Origin: Lutibacter sp.
GTDB taxonomy: Bacteria > Bacteroidota > Bacteroidia > Flavobacteriales > Flavobacteriaceae
Length of the DNA stretch: 15,238 nucleotides
Direction of reading: 5' to 3'
NCBI GenBank assembly: GCA_036781305.1
Contig: DAIQBF010000048.1
Span: forward strand, 1 to 15,238
In this document: positions 7,671 to 14,057 of the stretch, one piece after another
Layout: each line of letters opens with the position of its first letter
Position numbering within the stretch: position 1 is the first letter of the stretch
The notes under the pieces: model-generated
Seen by the model: the letters and a program-made list of their open reading frames with translations, nothing else
What the model was told of the DNA's origin: nothing
Databases searched by the model: none
Translations under genes and position numbers: made by a program

Positions 7671-7708
7671 CACAAAGACACACCGAGGAACACAAAGATT
7701 CACAAAGC
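7671..7708 (+). repeat. tandem 10-mer array (cacaaagaca caccgaggaa cacaaagatt cacaaagc), left arm flanking the GxxExxY gene
   Basis: A 10-bp periodicity was read directly. The array ends 3 nt before the ATG at 7712. It is the reverse complement of the array at 8087-8124. Confidence 0.75.
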
Positions 7709-7711
7709 AAA

Positions 7712-8083
7712 ATGACTGAAAATGAAATAGCAAGTGTTATTATTGGAAAAGCAATAGCTGTGCATAGGGAACTTGGACCGGGATTATTGGAATCTACTTA
7801 CCAAGAATGTCTTTTTTATGAGTTAAAAAATGACAATTTAAAGGTTGAAAAAGAAATAGCATTGCCAATTATTTATAAAGATATTAAATTGAATCACGGA
7901 TACAGAATTGATTTATTAGTTGAAAATAAAGTGGTTATTGAATTAAAAACAGTAGAGTTTTTAAATGATGTGCATACGGCTCAAATATTAACATACATGA
8001 AACTAGGAAATTATAAATTAGGTTTATTATTGAATTTTAATGTAAAACTTTTAAAGGAAGGTATCAAAAGATTTGTACTGTAA
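7712..8083 (+). CDS. GxxExxY protein (PD-(D/E)xK nuclease-like superfamily)
   Basis: The 123-aa product has the eponymous motif GPGLLESTYQECL and a DLLVENKVVIELK core (D...ExK-like). The size and layout are typical of the multicopy GxxExxY family. Confidence 0.85.
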   Translation: MTENEIASVIIGKAIAVHRELGPGLLESTYQECLFYELKNDNLKVEKEIALPIIYKDIKLNHGYRIDLLVENKVVIELKTVEFLNDVHTAQILTYMKLGNYKLGLLLNFNVKLLKEGIKRFVL

Positions 8084-8086
8084 AAT

Positions 8087-8124
8087 CTCTGTGAATCTTA
8101 GTGATTCTTTGTGAATCTCCGTGT
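8087..8124 (-). repeat. inverted 10-mer array (gtgaatctta gtgattcttt gtgaatctcc gtgt), right arm flanking the GxxExxY gene
   Basis: It starts 4 nt after the stop. Segment 8106-8124 (tctttgtgaatctccgtgt) matches the reverse complement of 7690-7708 (gctttgtgaatctttgtgt) at 17/19. Confidence 0.75.
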
Positions 8125-8265
8125 AATAACAACTAACTGGATATCCAAAAAGAATTAAAAAGTTATTTCACAAAGACGTAAAAAGAGAAAATACCTAAAT
8201 ACAGTACATATCTAAAATGACAATTATAAAAACTCAGAAACCTTGCGGTTAAAAAAACGAAAATC

Positions 8266-10980
8266 ATGAAAGCATTTATAAACAACATCGAACACGAATT
8301 TTTGCAAGGGGAAACCATGTTGGAATTTGTCAGAAGAATTGAAGAAAATAAAAATGCCATTCCAACGATGTGCCAGGATGACCGATTGGAAAATTTTGGT
8401 TCATGCAGGGTTTGTTCGGTTGAAGTGGCGCGTGAAAAAGACGGGTTAACAAAAACGATGGCTTCTTGCCACACCCCTATTTCTGAAGGATTGCATATTT
8501 ACCCAAACACAGAAAAAATAAAACGTCTTCGCAAAAATATTGTCGAATTGGTGCTAACCGATTATCCTGCAGATAAAATTTTTCCTTCCACAGGTAAAAA
8601 AGCAACACCTTTTCAGGAAACCATTGCTCAAATCGGAATTCCAGATATTCGTTATCCACAAGGAAAGAATCATTTAGATATTGAGCCAGATAGGGCGCAC
8701 CCTTATATAAAATCCGATTTATCACAGTGTATCAACTGTTTTAGATGCGTGAGAGCCTGTGAAGAAATCCAGGGAGAAATGATTTTGGGCATGTCAGGTC
8801 GCGGATTCGCAACCAACATTATCAAAGGATTCGACACCACTTTCAATGAATCGGCCTGCGTTTCTTGTGGCGCCTGCGTTCAAACTTGTCCGACCGAAGC
8901 TTTAACAGATAAATTCGAAACAAAAACCTTAATTCCGGATAAAACCGTTCGTACAACTTGCACTTATTGCGGCGTTGGCTGTCAGTTAGACGTTTCAGTT
9001 ATCGACGGAAAAATTAGGGGAATTCAAGCTCCTGAAACCGCCGAAGTAAATCAGGGCCATACCTGTTTAAAAGGTCGTTTTGCTTTTCAGTTTTACAACC
9101 ATCCCGATAGGTTGCGAGAACCTATGATTAAAAAGAATGGCAAATTTGAAGTGGTTACTTGGAACGAAGCCTACAATTTTATCACATCAAAATTAATTGA
9201 AATCAAAAATAAATACGGCGCAGATGCCATTGGTGGAATTTCCTCGTCAAGAGCCACCAATGAAGAGAATTATCTTATGCAAAAAATGATTCGTGTAGCC
9301 GTTGGAACCAATAATATTGATGGTTGCGCACGGGTTTGCCATGCACCTACTGCCTTCGGAATGCAGCAAGCTTTTGGAACTGGTGCTGCCACAAATTCTA
9401 TAGAAGATTTAAAACAAGCCGATGCTATTTTTATTTTCGGGGCAAATCCTGTTAAAGCCCATCCAGTAACTGGCGCTAAAATTAAGCAGGCTTTTATGAA
9501 GGGTGTCACTTCCATAGTTGTTGACCCAATCAGAACAAATTTGGCAGATTTGGCTACTCATTTTCTTCAAATCAGACCAGGAACCAATGTCGCCATTCTA
9601 AATATGATTGCACATTATATTATTAAAGAAGGATTGGTGAATCAGGATTTTATTGACACGCATACCGAAAAATATGAGGAATTTAAAGGCCATGTGGCCC
9701 ATTTGGACATGGATGAATTGGAAAAACTAACAGGTGTTTCTAAGGAATTGGTAAGAGATGCCGCCATTGCATATGCCTCAGCAGAAAGAGCGATGGAATT
9801 TCATGGCTTGGGCGTTACAGAACATTTTCAGGGAAGTAAAACGGTCATGTTATTGTCCAATTTAGCGATGATGACTGGAAATGTTGGCCGAAATGGCGTT
9901 GGCTTAAATCCGTTGCGCGGACAAAACAATGTTCAAGGTGCTGCAGATATGGGCGTACAACCACACCAAGGAGCTGGTTATATGGATATTAGCAAACCTG
10001 AAATTCAACAATATTATGCTCAAAAATACGGGATTGAAAAAATGCCGGAAAGTGTTGGATTAAAAATTCCTGAAATGCTGGATGCCGCCATCAACGGAAA
10101 AATTAAAGCGCTTTATATTGTTGGTGAAGACACTATTATGACCGACCCAAACTCTTATCACAGCATTAAAGCGTTCGGAAAATTAGAATTGATTGTGGTG
10201 CAGGAATTGTTTATGACCGCGACTTCAGAAATGGCGGATGTGGTGTTGCCGGCTTCTTCCTATTTTGAAAAAAATGGAACTTTCACCAATGGTGAGCGCC
10301 GTGTTCAACGTGTAAATAAAGTGATTGAGCCTATAGGAAACACAAAACCCGACGGACAAATTATTATAGATATTATGGGCAGATTGGGATACAACCAACC
10401 TACTGGTTTGACCTATGATGCCGCAAAAGTTATTGAAGAAATCGCGGATGTAATACCTTTTATGAAGGGGTTAACTTGGGAACGATTGGGTGAAAACGGA
10501 TTGCAATGGCCAATAAAAGAAGACGGCACCGACACTAAAATGCTGCATATCAACGGTAACTTCAAAAAAGGAATAGGCACTTTTCACCATTTTGATTTTG
10601 AAGAATCCCCAGAAATTGTTTCCCACGGAAAAATTTATCCTTTTATATTGACAACCGGTCGCGAACTAGAACATTACAATTCGGGAACCATGACGCGCAG
10701 AACCGACAATCAAATCATCTTGGGAGAAGACATTTTGGAAGTGCACCCGAAAGACGCTTTGGACAAAGGAATTAAAGACAATGAAATGGTTAGGCTGTTT
10801 TCCGACAGAGGAAGCGTTAACATTCCTATAAAGTACGCTAAATCGGTTAAAAGAGGCGTTTTAAGAACGACTTTCCATCATCCTGAAGTATTTATCAATC
10901 TGATTACAGGAAGCGTTGGAGACAAAGAAACAATGACTCCGGAATACAAAGTGGTTGCCGTTGATTTTGAAAAAGTTTGA
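8266..10980 (+). CDS. fdhF: formate dehydrogenase alpha subunit, molybdopterin-dependent, Cys-type (NAD-linked FdsA/FdhF class)
   Basis: The N-terminal 2Fe-2S ferredoxin-like region is CQDD...CRVCSVEV. 4Fe-4S motifs are CINCFRCVRACEE and CVSCGACVQTCPTEAL. The MopB cluster motif is CTYCGVGCQLDV. The active-site motif GCARVCHAPT has TGC (9337-9339) where Sec-type enzymes carry TGA. The C-terminal part is a molybdopterin dinucleotide-binding domain. Confidence 0.9.
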   Translation: MKAFINNIEHEFLQGETMLEFVRRIEENKNAIPTMCQDDRLENFGSCRVCSVEVAREKDGLTKTMASCHTPISEGLHIYPNTEKIKRLRKNIVELVLTDYPADKIFPSTGKKATPFQETIAQIGIPDIRYPQGKNHLDIEPDRAHPYIKSDLSQCINCFRCVRACEEIQGEMILGMSGRGFATNIIKGFDTTFNESACVSCGACVQTCPTEALTDKFETKTLIPDKTVRTTCTYCGVGCQLDVSVIDGKIRGIQAPETAEVNQGHTCLKGRFAFQFYNHPDRLREPMIKKNGKFEVVTWNEAYNFITSKLIEIKNKYGADAIGGISSSRATNEENYLMQKMIRVAVGTNNIDGCARVCHAPTAFGMQQAFGTGAATNSIEDLKQADAIFIFGANPVKAHPVTGAKIKQAFMKGVTSIVVDPIRTNLADLATHFLQIRPGTNVAILNMIAHYIIKEGLVNQDFIDTHTEKYEEFKGHVAHLDMDELEKLTGVSKELVRDAAIAYASAERAMEFHGLGVTEHFQGSKTVMLLSNLAMMTGNVGRNGVGLNPLRGQNNVQGAADMGVQPHQGAGYMDISKPEIQQYYAQKYGIEKMPESVGLKIPEMLDAAINGKIKALYIVGEDTIMTDPNSYHSIKAFGKLELIVVQELFMTATSEMADVVLPASSYFEKNGTFTNGERRVQRVNKVIEPIGNTKPDGQIIIDIMGRLGYNQPTGLTYDAAKVIEEIADVIPFMKGLTWERLGENGLQWPIKEDGTDTKMLHINGNFKKGIGTFHHFDFEESPEIVSHGKIYPFILTTGRELEHYNSGTMTRRTDNQIILGEDILEVHPKDALDKGIKDNEMVRLFSDRGSVNIPIKYAKSVKRGVLRTTFHHPEVFINLITGSVGDKETMTPEYKVVAVDFEKV

Positions 10981-10986
10981 ATTAAG

Positions 10987-11105
10987 GGAAGTCGGAAGTC
11001 GGAAGTTCGAAAACGTAAGTCGGAAGTCCGAAGTCGGAAGACGGAAGACGGGAGACAGAAGTCGGGAGAAAGGAGACGGAAGTCCGAAGACAGAAGTTCA
11101 AAAAA
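10987..11105 (+). repeat. degenerate tandem heptamer array, 17 units of SGAAGWC (ggaagtc-type)
   Basis: Units stay in phase every 7 nt from 10987 to 11105 (ggaagtc ggaagtc ggaagtt cgaaaac gtaagtc ggaagtc cgaagtc ggaagac ...). The array begins 7 nt after the alpha-subunit stop. Confidence 0.85.
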
Positions 11106-11144
11106 GGAATTTGTATTATGTAAAATGGATTTTGAATTTCGAGT

Positions 11145-11168
11145 AAACAATTAAACAATTAAACAATT
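11145..11168 (+). repeat. tandem 8-mer array, aaacaatt x3
   Basis: Three perfect units were read directly. They lie in the AT-rich spacer between the two inverted heptamer arrays. Confidence 0.8.
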
Positions 11169-11190
11169 TTAAATTTTGAATTTTGGATTT

Positions 11191-11260
11191 CACTTCTTTA
11201 TCCTTCAGACTTCGGACTTCGGTCTTCGGACTTCCAGCTTCTAACTTTCAACTTTACAAT
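11191..11260 (-). repeat. inverted heptamer array (tcggact-type, about 10 units) ending 9 nt before the fdhD start
   Basis: Units read cacttct ttatcct tcagact tcggact tcggtct tcggact tccagct tctaact ttcaact ttacaat. Segment 11216-11235 is the reverse complement of 11078-11097 at 19/20. Confidence 0.8.
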
Positions 11261-11269
11261 TAAAAAAGA

Positions 11270-12046
11270 ATGCAGACATTAAACTATGAAGGTTTACAAC
11301 TTACTGACGGAGTTCCGCAAAAAGTAACCGATGCTTTGGTGGTTGAGGCCGCTTTGCAAATAAACATAAATAAAGAACCCTACACAGTGGTGATGCGAAC
11401 GCCTGGAGACGATTTTGAATTGATCAGAGGCTTGCTGTATGCGGAAGATATTTATAAAGGTAAAGAAAATTTAAGCATTGAAGTCCTTGAGAAACGCGAC
11501 AACGGATTTTCAATATTAAATGCCTCAATTCCTAAAAAAAACCTCGGAAAAGGATATTTAAACAAACGTACCTTACTGTCGGTATCTTCCTGTGGTATCT
11601 GCGGAAAACAAAAATTGGAAGACATTAACCATAGCGGTGCCAAATTAATTAACAATATTATTTTCGACATTTCTAAGTTAGAAGAAATGTTTGTTGAAAT
11701 GAAATCGAAACAAGAAACTTTTGAAATATCCGGAGGCTCACATGCGGCGGCAATTTTTAATAAAAATTATGAAATAATTTCTTTAAAAGAAGACATTGGA
11801 AGACATAATGCAGTAGATAAAGTGGTTGGCGAATTGTTAAATTCAAATCAATTAAAGGAATCTTTTGTGATGCTTGTGAGCGGCAGGGTTTCCTATGAAA
11901 TTATTTCCAAAGCATTTATCGCTAAAATCCCAATTGTGGTGGCAGTGTCAGCCTGCTCCTCTTTATCTGTAGATTTTGCAAAAGAATTCGGTATTTGTCT
12001 GATTGGATTTTCAAGAGGCAACAAAGCTACTGTTTATGCTAAGTAA
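11270..12046 (+). CDS. fdhD: formate dehydrogenase accessory sulfurtransferase FdhD
   Basis: The 258-aa product has the SVSSCGICGK cysteine loop and the GRHNAVDKVVG motif. It lies downstream of the FDH alpha subunit. Confidence 0.9.
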   Translation: MQTLNYEGLQLTDGVPQKVTDALVVEAALQININKEPYTVVMRTPGDDFELIRGLLYAEDIYKGKENLSIEVLEKRDNGFSILNASIPKKNLGKGYLNKRTLLSVSSCGICGKQKLEDINHSGAKLINNIIFDISKLEEMFVEMKSKQETFEISGGSHAAAIFNKNYEIISLKEDIGRHNAVDKVVGELLNSNQLKESFVMLVSGRVSYEIISKAFIAKIPIVVAVSACSSLSVDFAKEFGICLIGFSRGNKATVYAK

Positions 12047-12067
12047 GTTGGAAAGTTAAAAAATAGA

Positions 12068-12088
12068 CCGAAGTCCGAAGTCCGAAGT
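12068..12088 (+). repeat. heptamer array, ccgaagt x3 (perfect), just after the fdhD stop
   Basis: Three perfect units were read directly. They are complementary to 11209-11222 (acttcggacttcgg) upstream of fdhD. Confidence 0.8.
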
Positions 12089-12125
12089 TCATTTCTAGAA
12101 TCAAATCAAACTCAATCGCTAGCGC

Positions 12126-12257
12126 AATGTCATTAAGTTAAGGGAATATTTGTCATTCCGACAAAGGAGGAATCGCATTAAATAGCTTAACATGATGTGA
12201 TTCCTCGTACCTCGGAATGACAAAATAAAGACGTTAAAGTCTTAACTTAATGACATT
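12126..12257. mobile_element. MITE-like nested-palindrome element, copy B (perfect 17-bp terminal inverted repeats, 98-bp core inverted relative to copy A)
   Basis: IR-L aatgtcattaagttaag (12126-12142) and IR-R cttaacttaatgacatt (12241-12257) are perfect. The core 12143-12240 is the reverse complement of the copy-A core minus a 27-bp segment. The outer flanks (cgctagcgc on the left, gagcgcgagcNtccNgctcgtgact on the right) have the same orientation as in copy A. Confidence 0.65.
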
Positions 12258-12356
12258 GAGCGCGAGCTTCCAGCTCGTGACTGCGCAAATTTAACAGCTA
12301 ACAAAAGCACGAGCGTGACGCTCGCGCCAGTCACCAGTGTGAGGGTTAAACCTAAG

Positions 12357-12377
12357 ATCCCGCTGAAAAAGCGGGAT
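12357..12377 (+). repeat. hairpin atcccgc-tgaaaaa-gcgggat (small palindromic repeat unit or weak terminator)
   Basis: A 7-bp GC-rich stem with a 7-nt loop and no following T-tract. Confidence 0.35.
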
Positions 12378-12782
12378 TAGTTCAAATTCAATTCTTAGTG
12401 CGTCTTATAGACTTCTCAAAATTGAGTTTCACTAACAAACTACACGGTTTTATAAACAAAATGCATCTTTTTTATAATATTTAGCAAAATATGTTGTGTA
12501 TCCGAAAACTTTATTTTACATTTGCTGCATAAGAGCGTCCCTAGGATTGCAAATTTTTACGGAGAGGGTTTGCAATTAGTTGATTTTCACGATAAAAATA
12601 CCCGTTTTTATCGCTTAAAAATCGATTTTAGCTTTTAAAATCTCCAAAATAGAAGTTTTATTTGGTAAAATTTTGAAGTATTTGAACTTTTTTACTTACG
12701 GCTCATGCCTTGTAAAATAAGGGAAAAATAGCTTTTAGAACCCCTTTTTTCTAAAATTTTTTAGAATTTAGGAGGGTTTTTA

Positions 12783-12813
12783 TTGTCTGTATGTAAGTTT
12801 TATTATATATTTG
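12783..12813 (+). promoter_or_regulatory. Bacteroidota-type promoter candidate: TTG-N20-TATATTTG
   Basis: The -7 box tatatttg (12806-12813) fits TAnnTTTG exactly. A TTG lies at 12783-12785. The box ends 33 nt before the ATG at 12847. A 14-nt string, tattatatatttga, is shared with the promoter candidate at 13084-13097. Confidence 0.5.
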
Positions 12814-12846
12814 ATGTTCTTACTAATCATTTAATTCTTACTAAAA

Positions 12847-12978
12847 ATGAAAAAATTGAAATTAATTTTCGGATTGCTACTTGTAGCAGGGTTCATAGCT
12901 ATAACAGTTTTAAGCTACACATCTAAAGATAGCCAAGCTATCGCTAAAAAGGATACATATATTCCAAGAAACGGATAA
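12847..12978 (+). CDS. small hypothetical secreted or membrane-anchored peptide (43 aa)
   Basis: The product is MKKLKLIFGLLLVAGFIAITVLSYTSKDSQAIAKKDTYIPRNG: a Lys-rich N-terminus, a hydrophobic helix, then a short polar tail. A consensus -7 box precedes it and a hairpin terminator follows it. It falls below the ORF-track size cutoff and I recognise no homology. Confidence 0.4.
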   Translation: MKKLKLIFGLLLVAGFIAITVLSYTSKDSQAIAKKDTYIPRNG

Positions 12979-13020
12979 TAATTATCCAGAGCAAACATTT
13001 CTATATCTTAAAATTAGGTA

Positions 13021-13051
13021 AAACCACAATAAGTAATTTATTGTGGTTTTT
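13021..13051 (+). terminator. rho-independent terminator-like hairpin
   Basis: The stem aaaccacaataa (13021-13032) pairs perfectly over 12 bp with ttattgtggttt (13038-13049), with loop gtaat. T residues follow. It lies 43 nt after the small-ORF stop. Confidence 0.55.
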
Positions 13052-13065
13052 GAGCTACAATAGAG

Positions 13066-13096
13066 TTGTATATTAAAATATATTATTATATATTTG
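13066..13096 (+). promoter_or_regulatory. Bacteroidota-type promoter candidate: TTG-N20-TATATTTG
   Basis: The -7 box tatatttg (13089-13096) and a TTG at 13066-13068 have the same 20-nt spacing as the 12783-12813 candidate. The box ends 26 nt before the ATG at 13123. Confidence 0.5.
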
Positions 13097-13122
13097 AAAA
13101 AATAACCCCTATTAATTAATTA

Positions 13123-13599
13123 ATGAAAAATAACAAAAGAACATCATTATTGATAAGTAGTTTAATAATTTTACTTATAATATCAACCCCATATCTTTTA
13201 TACATGTACAGAAGTTTTGACCCTGATGCTCAAAACATAATAACTTTTTTTGGTACTTTAAAAGCGGGTTATTACCCAAATGTTCAAACTTATATTTACT
13301 CTTTTTTCGCTAAATTTGTCCCATTGTTGCTTCTTATTATTTGGTTTATCACCAACAAACATTGGTGGGTACATGCACTTAGCATTCCCATTTCCGTATA
13401 TTTGTTCCAATTAATTTCAATTATTAATGATAGTGAGCAATATTATGATGAAGTAGAATTTATTTATGCTGTGCCAATTACAGTTGTAGTGATGGTCATT
13501 CTCTATTTTATAAGAAGCAAAATTTCCATTTACATACAGGCAGTAGATTTAAAAAAGGAAATGGACGAGAACATGAAAACACCCAAAAAGTTTGGCTAA
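13123..13599 (+). CDS. hypothetical integral membrane protein (158 aa, about 4 TM)
   Basis: Hydrophobic segments are LLISSLIILLIISTPYLLY, FVPLLLLIIWFI, ALSIPISVYLFQLISII and AVPITVVVMVILYFI, followed by a charged C-terminal tail. I recognise no family. The codon usage is very AT-rich. Confidence 0.55.
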   Translation: MKNNKRTSLLISSLIILLIISTPYLLYMYRSFDPDAQNIITFFGTLKAGYYPNVQTYIYSFFAKFVPLLLLIIWFITNKHWWVHALSIPISVYLFQLISIINDSEQYYDEVEFIYAVPITVVVMVILYFIRSKISIYIQAVDLKKEMDENMKTPKKFG

Positions 13600-13685
13600 A
13601 AACCCCTGACCCAAAATAACCCCAAAATTTTTAACAATTAATTAATTATTATTTGTTCCCCCCACAAATATTTGGAGTTTAAATA

Positions 13686-13829
13686 ATGAAAAAAGATTTA
13701 GATGATTTTGCCTTTCTATTAGAGCAGAGCGAAAATAAAATGGCCTTGCTTGATAAAAAATTAGCCTTTTTAAATAAATTATTGGTAGTTATAGGTATTG
13801 TTATGTTACTTTTTTGCATTTATAAATGA
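13686..13829 (+). CDS. small hypothetical tail-anchored membrane peptide (47 aa)
   Basis: The product is MKKDLDDFAFLLEQSENKMALLDKKLAFLNKLLVVIGIVMLLFCIYK: an amphipathic N-terminal helix and a C-terminal TM segment. It falls below the ORF-track cutoff and coding status is unproven. Confidence 0.3.
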   Translation: MKKDLDDFAFLLEQSENKMALLDKKLAFLNKLLVVIGIVMLLFCIYK

Positions 13830-13913
13830 TTTCGACAATCAAACTCCTTCAAGATAATATTTCTACAAAAAAATTAATAAAGTAACCTCTAATTCCCCTG
13901 CTCTTTTTCACCC

Positions 13914-13928
13914 CTGATTATTAATCAG
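13914..13928. promoter_or_regulatory. perfect 15-bp palindrome CTGATTA-T-TAATCAG (candidate dimeric regulator operator)
   Basis: Two 7-bp arms are exact reverse complements around a central T. It lies about 80 bp upstream of the -7-like box at 14010-14017 and 130 bp upstream of the DUF2249 start. Confidence 0.3.
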
Positions 13929-14009
13929 CATAAAAATTGAAAGTTTTTTAAATAATTCTTGTGATTAAAAATATAAAAGACAAAAATATCCACTATTAAA
14001 ATTATTGTA

Positions 14010-14017
14010 TATCTTTG
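14010..14017 (+). promoter_or_regulatory. -7 box candidate tatctttg (TAnnTTTG)
   Basis: An exact consensus match 40 nt upstream of the ATG at 14058. There is no clear -33 TTG at the expected spacing. Confidence 0.35.
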
Positions 14018-14057
14018 CATTATAAATAATATTAAACAGTCATAAAAATTAATAATT

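Noticed and set aside
9337-9339. Possible selenocysteine recoding in the formate dehydrogenase alpha subunit
   Set aside because: The active-site codon is TGC (Cys) within GCARVCHAPT. The 904-codon frame has no in-frame TGA, so no SECIS element is needed.
730-9515. Antisense or overlapping ORF-track entries: 730-1002(-), 2022-2273(-), 2663-2857(-), 5435-5620(-), 5756-5941(+), 7525-7710(-), 8163-8474(-), 8477-8725(-), 9270-9515(-)
   Set aside because: Each lies inside, or largely overlaps, a much longer gene with clear family motifs. They have odd composition and no recognisable motifs, as expected for shadow ORFs.
10878-11150. Overlapping ORFs on both strands (10878-11150 minus, 10955-11146 plus) with SEVGSRKS / RTSDFRL-type periodic peptides
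   Set aside because: Both are translations of the 7-bp tandem array, hence the 7-residue periodicity in every frame. They are not genes.
10987-11260. Possible CRISPR array, given the regularly spaced short repeats
   Set aside because: The units are contiguous 7-mers with no unique spacers, far shorter than CRISPR repeats, and no cas genes are present.
11452-11670. 72-aa minus-strand ORF inside fdhD, and the 69-aa minus-strand ORF at 14389-14598
   Set aside because: These are shadow ORFs opposite well-supported or better-supported + strand frames, with no motifs.
13925-14020. 31-aa hydrophobic minus-strand mini-ORF (MQRYTIILIVDIFVFYIFNHKNYLKNFQFLC)
   Set aside because: Such ORFs are expected by chance in very AT-rich DNA. 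It overlaps the candidate -7 box and palindrome of the + strand leader and has no supporting promoter or terminator.
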